Below are positions 9,649-18,826 of a stretch of 64,000 nucleotides of DNA, piece after piece. Below the pieces are notes generated by a model. That model had not been told where the DNA came from, made no database searches, and was given only the letters and a program-made list of their open reading frames with translations. Source of the stretch: Candidatus Thorarchaeota archaeon (GTDB lineage Archaea > Asgardarchaeota > Thorarchaeia > Thorarchaeales > Thorarchaeaceae); the NCBI GenBank assembly GCA_020348985.1, contig CP070761.1:2499445-2563444 (forward strand), given 5' to 3'. Every line of letters begins with the position of its first letter. The stretch's first letter is position 1. Made by a program: the position numbers and the translations under genes.

Positions 9649-10371
9649 CTATTCTTGGCTGCTTTCGAGGATGAACTCGTGCCACTCACGAGATGCCTCG
9701 GTTCCGCGCATCCGCTCCATTCTGACGAAATGACCTGGGGGTGCGCTTGACTCATCAATGTTGAATCGTAGTACTGCGTCGGCAAGGTACGAAAATGTCG
9801 CGTAGGTCTTTTCATCATGAACTCCCTCTTCAAGTACATACATAATACTGTGTGAGCTTTGAGTGATTCTTCCACTTAGCCTTTGAACTGCTCGAGGCAT
9901 TGTAGCAGGATTTGAGTGGAGAATAAGAGTAGATAGACTGTCGACCACAATCCGGGCTACTACGAGGTCCTCAAGAACTTCAAACAACACAATGCCCAGC
10001 TCGCTGATGTCATCAACCTTTGTCAGAGACCTAGTTGAGCCAGCCATAGGAGCTCCCATTCGCTCGGAGTAACCATCTATGAAGACTAGTTTCCCTTCCT
10101 GCTCATACTTCTCAAGGGACCATCCATGACGACTCATATCATTCCTGATGACCCTGGGGGATACGTCTGTTGTCACAATAACTCCAGGGAAACCCTGTCG
10201 TAATCCATCGGCGATATAGGCCTCACCATACGTGGACTTCCCGGAACCAATAGGACCGACAAGCATGACTGATACTTGAGTCAACTGACCAAATTTGACA
10301 AGGTCGCCAATCATCGGCGTAGCAGTGGTCTTGTGCTCTTCCTCTTTGTCGGTCTGCTCCTTCTCACCCAA
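9649..10371 (-). CDS. KaiC/RAD55-family ATPase, single domain (CII-like, degenerate catalytic EE)
   Basis: Walker A GPIGSGKST, Walker B IVVDS, FSYLADAV and RMRG. It has VTTDV where KaiC has the catalytic EE. Confidence 0.85.
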   Translation of the reverse strand: MGEKEQTDKEEEHKTTATPMIGDLVKFGQLTQVSVMLVGPIGSGKSTYGEAYIADGLRQGFPGVIVTTDVSPRVIRNDMSRHGWSLEKYEQEGKLVFIDGYSERMGAPMAGSTRSLTKVDDISELGIVLFEVLEDLVVARIVVDSLSTLILHSNPATMPRAVQRLSGRITQSSHSIMYVLEEGVHDEKTYATFSYLADAVLRFNIDESSAPPGHFVRMERMRGTEASREWHEFILESSQE

Positions 10372-10402
10372 ATCTCATGCCTCTTGATGCCTTCCAAATC
10401 TA

Positions 10403-11146
10403 TCATCCGGATCCTATCTCGCCCGGGAATACTCTGATTCCGTCCTCAGTTATTCTCATCGAATGGATGCGTGAGCTATGCTGAGAACCCCTCAATTTCA
10501 GTACTTCGATGGACCTTGACCTTGAGGTTTCACTGATCTTCTCATTATAGAGAACTATGACTCCTGAGGCAAGGAACGCCTCGATGTCAAATACTCCCAG
10601 TCCATCATGCTGTTCTGGAATCTCACTGGTCAATACTAGCGTCCGTCCTTCATCCGTCAGATGTGCTGCGAGTTTGAAGAACTCCTCTCTCAGAATGTCA
10701 CGACTCTTGAACTTGTATGCCATTATTGACAACGTGTCCAGCACGATTCTCTTAGCTCCAAGCTTCTTTACGTGATTCATGATGATTGCTTCTAGACCAG
10801 ATAGATCGAAGCTGGGATACTCGCCGATTGTGACTGGCGTGGCTTCTTTCGAGGGAGATAGGTCCACGACGGCTAGTTTGCCTTCTTCCTCCAGCTTCTT
10901 CAAGTCCATGCCAAAACGCAGCATGTTTCTCCGAATCATCTTCGGAGCCTCCTCCAAGGTCACTAGGACACCTGCCTCGTCGTACGTCACAGCTCCGTTG
11001 TATAGGAACTGTGTGGCCAGGATGCTCTTCCCTGTACCTGCTTTTCCCGCAACAAGGATTGTATCCCCTTTGGGAAATCCTCCTTCTATTAGCTCGTCCA
11101 GGCCGGGAATTCCTGTCTTGACACGTTCTATTGTGAATTCACTCAT
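10403..11146 (-). CDS. KaiC-family ATPase, single domain (CI-like)
   Basis: TGIPGLDELIEGG, GKAGTGKS, QFLYNG, VTLEE, B-loop-like DLSP...FDLSGL, KLRG and ITEDGIRVFP. Confidence 0.92.
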   Translation of the reverse strand: MSEFTIERVKTGIPGLDELIEGGFPKGDTILVAGKAGTGKSILATQFLYNGAVTYDEAGVLVTLEEAPKMIRRNMLRFGMDLKKLEEEGKLAVVDLSPSKEATPVTIGEYPSFDLSGLEAIIMNHVKKLGAKRIVLDTLSIMAYKFKSRDILREEFFKLAAHLTDEGRTLVLTSEIPEQHDGLGVFDIEAFLASGVIVLYNEKISETSRSRSIEVLKLRGSQHSSRIHSMRITEDGIRVFPGEIGSG

Positions 11147-11149
11147 TCT

Positions 11150-11476
11150 TCATACCTCGTTGGTTGTTACACGGACTCCCAGAATCATCTTCATGAGCAT
11201 CTCTGGCTCAGGGATACCGGTGATTGACAAGTTTCCTATCATGACTGTAGGCAATGCAAACACACCATACTCTTCTGCTGCCTCGGGAGTCTCGCTGACG
11301 TTGATTACTCTTAGCTTGAACGTTCCGGGTTCAAAGGTTTCAATGGTCTCTCGGACAACCTCCTCTGCACGCGGACAGAAAGCACAGGTATCCGACTTGA
11401 ACAGCACTATCTCCATAGTGTCTGAGTCTTCGACACCGTCTTCTGGGGCCTCATCACTTTCGGCCTTTTCCGCCAA
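11150..11476 (-). CDS. Thioredoxin-fold, KaiB-like protein with CxxC
   Basis: CAFC plus LRVINVSETPEAAEEYGVFALPT. Stop is 3 nt upstream of the KaiC-like gene. TTG start follows a CAGGAG SD-like site. Confidence 0.8.
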   Translation of the reverse strand: MAEKAESDEAPEDGVEDSDTMEIVLFKSDTCAFCPRAEEVVRETIETFEPGTFKLRVINVSETPEAAEEYGVFALPTVMIGNLSITGIPEPEMLMKMILGVRVTTNEV

Positions 11477-11567
11477 TGAGCTGAACTCCTGGACCAGTGA
11501 ACCTCAAGCAGAAGTGGGGCGACCTCTCTTGAATGTTTTGACAAAACTTCACGCGTATTCCTAGCAG

Positions 11568-11954
11568 CTACCGCTTGTACCGCATTATCTGTCGAATCGT
11601 TGTTGCGCCTTTGCCAATAGCGCGTGAGTGATAACGTACACTCTTTGGCATTATTGCGGCAACAAGAAGTGTCTGCTCGTCCCTCGACCCGATCTTTCGA
11701 ATGACCGCCTTGCCAGCACTGCATCTCACTACAATGTCCTTGACCTCTCCAAGCTCAAGGTCCTTCCGCATTCTCTCAACAGTCGAAGCAACATACCCTG
11801 ACATGGCTGCCACCACGTCCGGGTTTGTTCTTGGAGCCACGGCGTTTGCCATCGGCCAGCCGTCATCGCGAGAAAGGACAGAAGCATAGAATCCTCCTTC
11901 CTTGTTCATCTCTTCGAGAACCTTCGTGAGAGCACTGTAGTCAGGTCGCTCCAT
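11568..11954 (-). CDS. Roadblock/LC7 (MglB-like) domain protein
   Basis: 128 aa with the Roadblock pattern: ASVLSRDDGWPMA, VAAMSG, LELGEVKDIVVRC. Confidence 0.85.
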   Translation of the reverse strand: MERPDYSALTKVLEEMNKEGGFYASVLSRDDGWPMANAVAPRTNPDVVAAMSGYVASTVERMRKDLELGEVKDIVVRCSAGKAVIRKIGSRDEQTLLVAAIMPKSVRYHSRAIGKGATTIRQIMRYKR

Positions 11955-12139
11955 TTCAGACCCTCCGGCCTACTTGTCAGCCTCTCAATCACTCAGTGCC
12001 TTATAACAATTCATCGCATATTTCATTCAGCTCGTGCATAGGCGGCCAGAGCACCAATTCCAGACAGAGTTGTTTCAAGCAGTAGGAATGTCAGAAACAG
12101 CTTTTTAGGGGATGGCGCATTCGGGTCTTCAGGAAGGAT

Positions 12140-12682
12140 TTGAGTATCATGCCGGCCGATTACCGCTTCAAGTGCGTCATGATTGGAGATGGTGCTGTCG
12201 GCAAGACCGCCCTCACGGTTCGATTCACTGAGGGCCGCTTTGAAGCCGATTACAAGCGGACGATTGGCAGTGACTTTGCGGTCAAGAGAATTGAGCTGCC
12301 GGACATGGATGCTGGTGTGACGCTGCAAGTATGGGACCTTGCAGGTCAGCCAAGATTCGAGTTTGTACGTCAGTCATTCTATCGTGGCGCGAGAGGAGGG
12401 GTCCTTGTTTATGATGTCACTCGACGACGAACTTTCATGAACTTGGACAGCTGGAAGAAAGAGGCGTTCGATGCTCTTGGAACAGAGATACCTCTTGTAA
12501 TTGTGGCAAACAAGGTAGACCTAGCGGACAGCAGGGTAGTTCCGACTGAAGACGGACAGAAGTACGCGGATGAAAACGGGCACCTCTACGTAGAGTCTTC
12601 AGCCCTGACAGGCGAGAATGTTGAAGAAACCTTTGCCACCCTTTGCAGAAATCTGATTAGTCAGACCAAAGACAGTAGCTAG
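12140..12682 (+). CDS. Rab-like small GTPase
   Basis: GDGAVGKT, TIGSDF, LQVWDLAGQ, FYRGA, LVYDVT, NKVD and SAL. No C-terminal Cys. Confidence 0.93.
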   Translation: MSIMPADYRFKCVMIGDGAVGKTALTVRFTEGRFEADYKRTIGSDFAVKRIELPDMDAGVTLQVWDLAGQPRFEFVRQSFYRGARGGVLVYDVTRRRTFMNLDSWKKEAFDALGTEIPLVIVANKVDLADSRVVPTEDGQKYADENGHLYVESSALTGENVEETFATLCRNLISQTKDSS

Positions 12683-12696
12683 TTGACTAAGCCCAG

Positions 12697-13860
12697 TCAA
12701 TCCAGCTTTCGTGTTTTGCCCTTCAAGAGACCAAGCGCCTTCTTGCACTGCCATTGAATATAGAAGAGCCGCTTATCTTTGAGTGTCTCCTCATCGTACT
12801 GGCCTAGCAGACTCTCGTATTTCTCAATCAGCGCATCCTTCTGAGCCAGTTGGGGATCGCTCTCTATCTCTTTGAGGAGGCTCTCGAACGGAGCCAACAT
12901 CGATGCCAAATCCAAGACATCCCAGCGGAGTATTGCACCAGTTCCATCAGAGCTCAGGAATGAGTGCTCATCATGATACCATTCGAGACCATCAATCTCG
13001 CTGTCTGTTCTACCTTCACCCTCGATTGTGTAGTCCTCAGTCGACCATATGTATAGATCTTTGTCACTTGATCCTGACGCCAAGTATCTCCCGTCACTAC
13101 TGAAGGAAACGGCCCTTACTTCGTTCAGATGGCCTAGCAAGACTCGAGAGCCCTTCAGTGCACCACCCTGAGCGTCCCATATGATGATCGAATTGTCGGA
13201 GGATCCGGACGCCATTGTTGAACCGTCAGTAGTGAACCTGAGTGTATGAACTGCCGTCCTGTGGTCTTCATGCTTCTTAGTAGCCTTGCCGCTCGACGGA
13301 TTCCATTCGATAATGGTCGAATCTACAGAACCGGACACTATCCGGTTGCCGTTCGGATCCCAATCACAAGTCTTTACGTAAAGCGCGTGGCCTCTCAACG
13401 TGGCAAGTTCGCTGTAGTTTGACGTATCCCATATCTTCAGTGTCGTGTCGCCGCTTGCCGATACGAGTCTGTCACCATCAGGAGAAAAGGCAAGCGACAG
13501 AATTGGATAAGAGTGGCCCTCCAAGGTAGCGAGCAATTCTGCTGTTCTGATGTCCCAGAGCTTGACAACTCGACCGACGCTGCCACTGGCCACAATGTCC
13601 CCCTTTGGACTAAATGCAATCGATGTGCAAAGATGGTCGTCAGACATTCTTTGGATTTCTTCACAGTTCCTCGCGTCATAGAGTCGGATTGATTTGTCCT
13701 GAATTGCCGCAGCAAGCATCCTGCCGACTCTGTTCATGGCAAAACGTCTCGTAATCTCAGAGCCATGACTGGCGGCAGGTCTGAGCGTTTGGGGTTTGAG
13801 GAATAGGGATAACTCCTGCTCGGTCATGATTCTGCATCCAGGGCCCGTTAACGTGGTCAC
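12697..13860 (-). CDS. WD40-repeat beta-propeller protein with C-terminal helical tail
   Basis: About 7 GH...WD repeats, e.g. LEGHSYPILSLAFSPDGDRLVSASGDTTLKIWD. The true start may be ATG 13827. Confidence 0.93.
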   Translation of the reverse strand: MTTLTGPGCRIMTEQELSLFLKPQTLRPAASHGSEITRRFAMNRVGRMLAAAIQDKSIRLYDARNCEEIQRMSDDHLCTSIAFSPKGDIVASGSVGRVVKLWDIRTAELLATLEGHSYPILSLAFSPDGDRLVSASGDTTLKIWDTSNYSELATLRGHALYVKTCDWDPNGNRIVSGSVDSTIIEWNPSSGKATKKHEDHRTAVHTLRFTTDGSTMASGSSDNSIIIWDAQGGALKGSRVLLGHLNEVRAVSFSSDGRYLASGSSDKDLYIWSTEDYTIEGEGRTDSEIDGLEWYHDEHSFLSSDGTGAILRWDVLDLASMLAPFESLLKEIESDPQLAQKDALIEKYESLLGQYDEETLKDKRLFYIQWQCKKALGLLKGKTRKLD

Positions 13861-13910
13861 GGCGTGGTGACCCTGCTAAAAGGCTTATGTTAGACGAACT
13901 GGATTGCGTG

Positions 13911-14477
13911 CTATACGAGTCCGCCTGACTCTAGAATCTTGATCGCAAGTTCCAAGAAAGCGGCCTCGACGTTGTGACCCGTCTTGGCAGATGTCTCAAG
14001 GAATGAAGTAATGACACCATGACCCGCTATCTTCTCAGCAAGACCTTTGCCTTCGTCGGTTGTAACGATAGTCTGTGCCATAACAGGGTTGTCCTTGAAT
14101 TGCTCTCGGAGATCGGTCTTGTTGGCTATGAGTACAACGGGAACCTTCTTACCCGCATTCGACCAACACTCATCCACCCAGTTCTGTATGTTGTCAAAAG
14201 AACCTCGCTCCACAACAGAGTAGACAGCCAAGGCTCCTTGGGCGCCCTTATAGAAGGTCGAGCGCACACTCTTGAAATGCTCCTGCCCTGCCAAGTCCCA
14301 AATCTGCACACTGACATCGTGACCTCCAGCAAGCTGCATCTTCTTCACGGCGAAGTCTGCACCGATGGTGAGGTGGTATTGTGCTCTGAATCCTTCGCCC
14401 ATGTAGGTACGTCTCAGGGAAGTCTTGCCGACGCTCCCGTCGCCCATGAGGACTATCTTGAATAGGGCAGTGACCAT
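13911..14477 (-). CDS. Rab-like small GTPase
   Basis: GDGSVGKT, TIGADF, QIWDLAGQ, FYKGA, NKTD and SAKTG. No C-terminal Cys. Confidence 0.93.
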   Translation of the reverse strand: MVTALFKIVLMGDGSVGKTSLRRTYMGEGFRAQYHLTIGADFAVKKMQLAGGHDVSVQIWDLAGQEHFKSVRSTFYKGAQGALAVYSVVERGSFDNIQNWVDECWSNAGKKVPVVLIANKTDLREQFKDNPVMAQTIVTTDEGKGLAEKIAGHGVITSFLETSAKTGHNVEAAFLELAIKILESGGLV

Positions 14478-14759
14478 TTTGCGACCACCGATTTTCTACG
14501 AGCGGACAGGCGCTATTTGATGTTTCCGATGGAATGCCGTCCGATTCTTTGAAGAAACGAAAACGAACGCATCATATGAAAGTTGCGTGTTCAACTTCAG
14601 GGCAGAATACTTTCAGTAATCAGTCCGCCTCAGCATAGTACTTCCAGACCGACTTCCAACATGAGCAAAGGTCAGATTTGTTCGAGACTAGATATACTGT
14701 CTACCCAGTGTAGAGAACCCCCTCCCTCCCCTGCATATATCGAGTAACGGATTGCGAGG

Positions 14760-15044
14760 ATGAAAGCGTTGGGACGAACCGTAAGGACATTCAGAAATGC
14801 TGTTGATTCAGAGCAAGCCAGATGGCATGACTTCAGGCGCACACTCAGACCAGCTCATAGAGATCGCCTGGACCGGATTTTCGACTATGCACGAAAGTGT
14901 GCTGATGCGGGAACCATGATTGCATCAGCGAGAATTTCGGAAGTCGTCTTTATCTCCACGATGATGGAGATGCTCAGCGAGATTGACTCCCTCAAACAGA
15001 CAGTATCGGACCTCAAGAGCCAGACTGAGGAGACTGCTCCCTGA
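14760..15044 (+). CDS. Small helical protein of the type encoded with archaeal PolB2
   Basis: GRTVRTFR...WHDFRRTLR...DRIFDYAR pattern. Its stop overlaps the PolB2 start (TGATG). Confidence 0.7.
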   Translation: MKALGRTVRTFRNAVDSEQARWHDFRRTLRPAHRDRLDRIFDYARKCADAGTMIASARISEVVFISTMMEMLSEIDSLKQTVSDLKSQTEETAP

Positions 15045-17323
15045 TGAAGAGAGTCGGCTGGCTGCTCGATGCCAGTGTGGACCACAAACGTCAGGCATTA
15101 ACGCTCTGGATTAAGGTGGAGGGAAAGACAAGAGGGTATGTGTATCATGGTTTCAGTTCGTCCGTATTCGTAAGAACCGACCTTCTTGACAGTCACAATT
15201 GGACTGATAGCAATCTACTAGGAGTAGTTCGAGAACACGACGGAGTACTTGCAGCAACTATCACTGAGAAGTTTGTCAGTGTCTATGATGCTGAAAAGAA
15301 GAGAGTCCTGCAGATATTCACCACACCGGACATGCACTGGGAAGTAACCCGGGACCTAGAGAAGCTGCCAGGTGCAACAGTCTTCCACGCGGACATCGAT
15401 CCAGTTCAGCAGTTCTTCATCATGCAGGAGATATTCCCATTTGGCCGTGTTGAATTCGAGGAAAAAAATGGCTGTATCACTACCATCACATGTCTTGATA
15501 GCCGAGAGGATGTGGAGTACGAAATCCCAGAACTGGATGAAATCAGGATTGAAGTCTTTGCGGACACCGACCGGATTGTTCCTGATGTTGAGGATCCAAT
15601 TCACCACATTGAGATTCATCATAGAGATGGTGTGATACGTGTTGAGGACGTTGACGAGCAGAGACTGTTGACTGCTTTTCAGGAGACCATCGGCGAACTC
15701 GACCCCGATGTGGTTGTGACCAGAGGTGGCGATGACACTCTGTTCAGATACCTGACTCTTCGTGCTAATCTGAATGGAGTCCAGTTAACACTCTCAAGGG
15801 ACGGGACACCCTTGCGAGTGGTCCAGAAGAAATCGCAATCGTTCTGGCAGTACAATCAGATTGTCTATCGACCGGGAAATCAGGTGATGTTTACCGGACG
15901 GATTCACATTGATCGGGGAGAAAGCCTGTACTATTCACCGTCTGGGATTGAAGGAATCATCGAGGGCTGCAGACTTGCTTTTGCACAGCCCCAGAGAGTT
16001 GCACGAATGTCAATAGGCAGCGTGAACGCGGCAGTCCAGTACTATAACGCATTCAAGATGGACATCCTGATACCGCCAATCAAACGCAACCCCGAGTTTC
16101 TCAAATCAATAAGCGACCTGAGAGATATTGACAGGGGAGGACTAATACTTCAGCCAAAACCCGACATCTACGAAGACATTGCGGAATGCGATTTCTCTTC
16201 CATGTATCCAACCCTGATGGTTACACGGAATATCAGCCCTGAGACAATATGTACACGTGATCAGTGCCCATACGATTACGACTACTGCACCGATGTTCCA
16301 GGACTGAGCTTCAAGCTCTGCACTAAAAGGAGAGGTATAGTAGCTGAATCACTAGATCTTGTAGTCAGGAAACGCAATGAATTCAAGCGACTCATTGAAG
16401 AGGGAAAGGACGCGAGAAAATACGAATTGATGCAGAATACCCTCAAGGGCGTTCTGGTCTCCTGTTTTGGATATCTTGGCTTCAAGAACGCGAGGTTCGG
16501 GAGGGTCGAGGCGCATACAGCAGTGACTGCACTGGCACGCGAAGTCATGCTCAGAACGCAGGATATTGGTGAGTCAATGGGACTCGAGCTGATACATGGC
16601 ATTGTGGACTCGGTATGGCTCAGGTCGGAAGACAAGATTGACCATCGGCATGTGGAAGAATTCTGTAGGCAGGTTACAGACGACCTGGACATCAAGATGT
16701 CACTAAAAGGCGTTTACAAATGGTTGGTGATTCCCTCATCGCGGATGCACCCATCAATTGCGCCATTGAACCGGTATTATGGTGTCTATCGCAATGGTGG
16801 AATTAAGACCCGTGGAATCGAGACTAGACGACGAGATACTTGTCTCTATGTGGGTGATTGTCAGACAGCAATGATCAAGACGCTGGCCCGAGGACGAGAT
16901 AAGAGCGGGTTCTTGGAGAGAATACCTGATGCATACGCAGTCTGCCAGAGCTACATAGACCGCCTACACGAGGGAGATGTGGACTTGAGAGACCTTATTC
17001 TTCACTCTCGACTTACTCGTGAGCCGGCAGAATATCGTGCAACGTCACGGGCAGCCATAGTAGCACAGCAATTGGTAAAAGCAGGAAAGGATCTCCATGC
17101 AGGACAGAAGGTCCGGTATGTTCTTTCGAGTGTGGACTCGCCGAGCCCTGTGCGAAGAGTCAAGGCTGTGGAATTGATTGATGAAACTGTCCGCTATGAC
17201 CCAGAAGCCTACGCAGTTCTTTGCGAGAGAGCATTTGAGAACTTGATACCTGCACAGTACCTTGACAAACATAGACCATCAAAGCCAGGCGAGGAGACTC
17301 AAACCCTAATCAGATGGACATAG
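15044..17323 (+). CDS. polB2: Family B DNA polymerase, PolB2 clade
   Basis: DFSSMYP, KGVLVSCFGYLG, HGIVDS (in place of YGDTDS) and RGIETRRRD. Exonuclease motifs are eroded. Confidence 0.9.
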   Translation: MKRVGWLLDASVDHKRQALTLWIKVEGKTRGYVYHGFSSSVFVRTDLLDSHNWTDSNLLGVVREHDGVLAATITEKFVSVYDAEKKRVLQIFTTPDMHWEVTRDLEKLPGATVFHADIDPVQQFFIMQEIFPFGRVEFEEKNGCITTITCLDSREDVEYEIPELDEIRIEVFADTDRIVPDVEDPIHHIEIHHRDGVIRVEDVDEQRLLTAFQETIGELDPDVVVTRGGDDTLFRYLTLRANLNGVQLTLSRDGTPLRVVQKKSQSFWQYNQIVYRPGNQVMFTGRIHIDRGESLYYSPSGIEGIIEGCRLAFAQPQRVARMSIGSVNAAVQYYNAFKMDILIPPIKRNPEFLKSISDLRDIDRGGLILQPKPDIYEDIAECDFSSMYPTLMVTRNISPETICTRDQCPYDYDYCTDVPGLSFKLCTKRRGIVAESLDLVVRKRNEFKRLIEEGKDARKYELMQNTLKGVLVSCFGYLGFKNARFGRVEAHTAVTALAREVMLRTQDIGESMGLELIHGIVDSVWLRSEDKIDHRHVEEFCRQVTDDLDIKMSLKGVYKWLVIPSSRMHPSIAPLNRYYGVYRNGGIKTRGIETRRRDTCLYVGDCQTAMIKTLARGRDKSGFLERIPDAYAVCQSYIDRLHEGDVDLRDLILHSRLTREPAEYRATSRAAIVAQQLVKAGKDLHAGQKVRYVLSSVDSPSPVRRVKAVELIDETVRYDPEAYAVLCERAFENLIPAQYLDKHRPSKPGEETQTLIRWT

Positions 17324-17327
17324 AACA

Positions 17328-18755
17328 CTATTCAGTTACAGCATGGGCCTGTAATGCGATTCTTGGCTTGAGTTCACGTATTGGAATTCCAGTCTCCTTT
17401 GCCACTTTCAAGACATCATCGGCCTCCGGCTTTATGGCAACGATACTACCGTCTACTGACCGAGAAACCTTAACCCGAACCATGAACTCCTTGTCGTCTA
17501 TCTCGAGTTTTGTTACAATGGTCTCGCGGGGAGCCTTTAGACGGTTCCATGTTGTGTGACGAATACCAAGCGTTCCCAGATGCTTTATCAGAGTCTCAGC
17601 GATCTGCGCGAGCCCCTCATTCGGAGCGATCACCTTCACGACGTAACAGGGACGATTCTTCTTACCATAGGCAGGTATCATAACGAGGTCGTAGGCGAGA
17701 CCTTCAGCAAGCAGCTCGTCAAAGAGCAGACCCATTATCTCCCCATCCACATCATCTACGTTCGTCTCAATGACTGTTACTTCATCTGTGATGAGTCCTT
17801 CAATCAATTCGGCCGTCTCCTTCTTTCTTGGCTTCTTCTCTTTGCGTTTGGGAGCTTTCTTGGGTTTCTTCTCCTTTGGAGGCTTGGGAGGTGCCTTTGG
17901 CTTCTCTTCTACATCTTCTGGAGCTTCGGATTCCACTTCGAGTATTCTCAATAGGTTTGGAACATCGCCAAGGTCTTGAGTTCCGAACCCTACACCCTGA
18001 GCCTTTATCTTGAAACCGTCTGTCTCTTCAACGAATTCGTCCACCAGGGATACCAGAATGGCGGCCCCAGTAGGGGTTAGGAGTTCCTTTTCAACAGGAC
18101 CATCTTCAAATGGAACATCATGTTCCACAAGTATTTCAGCGACAGCCGGAACTGGAACATCTATTTCTCCATGTTCAGTCTTTACAGTTCCGCCACCTAT
18201 GGCAACGGGAGTTGCCAAGAATCTCACATTCTCAAGATATCCAGATTTCTCAAGCAAGTAGGCGGTCCCGACCACGTCAAGAACAGTGTCAACTGTACCT
18301 AGCTCATGAAGATGCAGTTTTTCTGGAGGTGTATCATGGGCTCTACTCTCAGCTTTGAACAACTGCTGGAGGACTTTGTCAGCGAATTCTTTCGCAGGAT
18401 CAGACAATTCAACTTCTTCGCATACAGCTCCGAGAACCTCGTCCAGTAGTTGAGGAGTGAGGCGGGCTTCTTGATCCAGTGTGACCTCAAGAGCCGGACC
18501 TTTGAGTTTCCCCGATTTCTTCTCCACAACGCTCAGGCGGAGAGTCGGATCATGAATCAGTAGACTTGCAGCCACTGGAACAAGTGCGTCATTATCGCCG
18601 ATTATATCGATTAGAGCAGACAGAAACATGTCTCCTGAAGCACCGGCCCCGGATACATCGATGAGCACTGTCTTTTTGCTCAATTCAACAACTCCAATTT
18701 GAGATGCGCTGTCTGCGTTGCGCACTATTCTTGACCTTTTCTTTCTTTCTGGCAT
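17328..18755 (-). CDS. larC: Nickel-pincer cofactor nickel insertase LarC family
   Basis: GASGDMFLSAL, HLHELG, HGEIDVPVPA, ELLTPTGAA, IETNVDD, KKNRP and TLGIR. Confidence 0.88.
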   Translation of the reverse strand: MPERKKRSRIVRNADSASQIGVVELSKKTVLIDVSGAGASGDMFLSALIDIIGDNDALVPVAASLLIHDPTLRLSVVEKKSGKLKGPALEVTLDQEARLTPQLLDEVLGAVCEEVELSDPAKEFADKVLQQLFKAESRAHDTPPEKLHLHELGTVDTVLDVVGTAYLLEKSGYLENVRFLATPVAIGGGTVKTEHGEIDVPVPAVAEILVEHDVPFEDGPVEKELLTPTGAAILVSLVDEFVEETDGFKIKAQGVGFGTQDLGDVPNLLRILEVESEAPEDVEEKPKAPPKPPKEKKPKKAPKRKEKKPRKKETAELIEGLITDEVTVIETNVDDVDGEIMGLLFDELLAEGLAYDLVMIPAYGKKNRPCYVVKVIAPNEGLAQIAETLIKHLGTLGIRHTTWNRLKAPRETIVTKLEIDDKEFMVRVKVSRSVDGSIVAIKPEADDVLKVAKETGIPIRELKPRIALQAHAVTE

Positions 18756-18826
18756 TTCGAACGAAAGAGGACTAAAGATGGTGAGTTGAGAATGTGCTAA
18801 ATAACATATTCAGCTTGTATGCAATG

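Noticed and set aside
10779-11564. 261-aa + strand ORF
   Set aside because: Antisense shadow of the KaiC-like and thioredoxin genes; Ser-rich with no motifs.
15044-17323. PolB as a casposon or viral polymerase
   Set aside because: Motifs match cellular PolB2, not protein-primed PolB; no Cas1, terminal repeats or capsid genes nearby.
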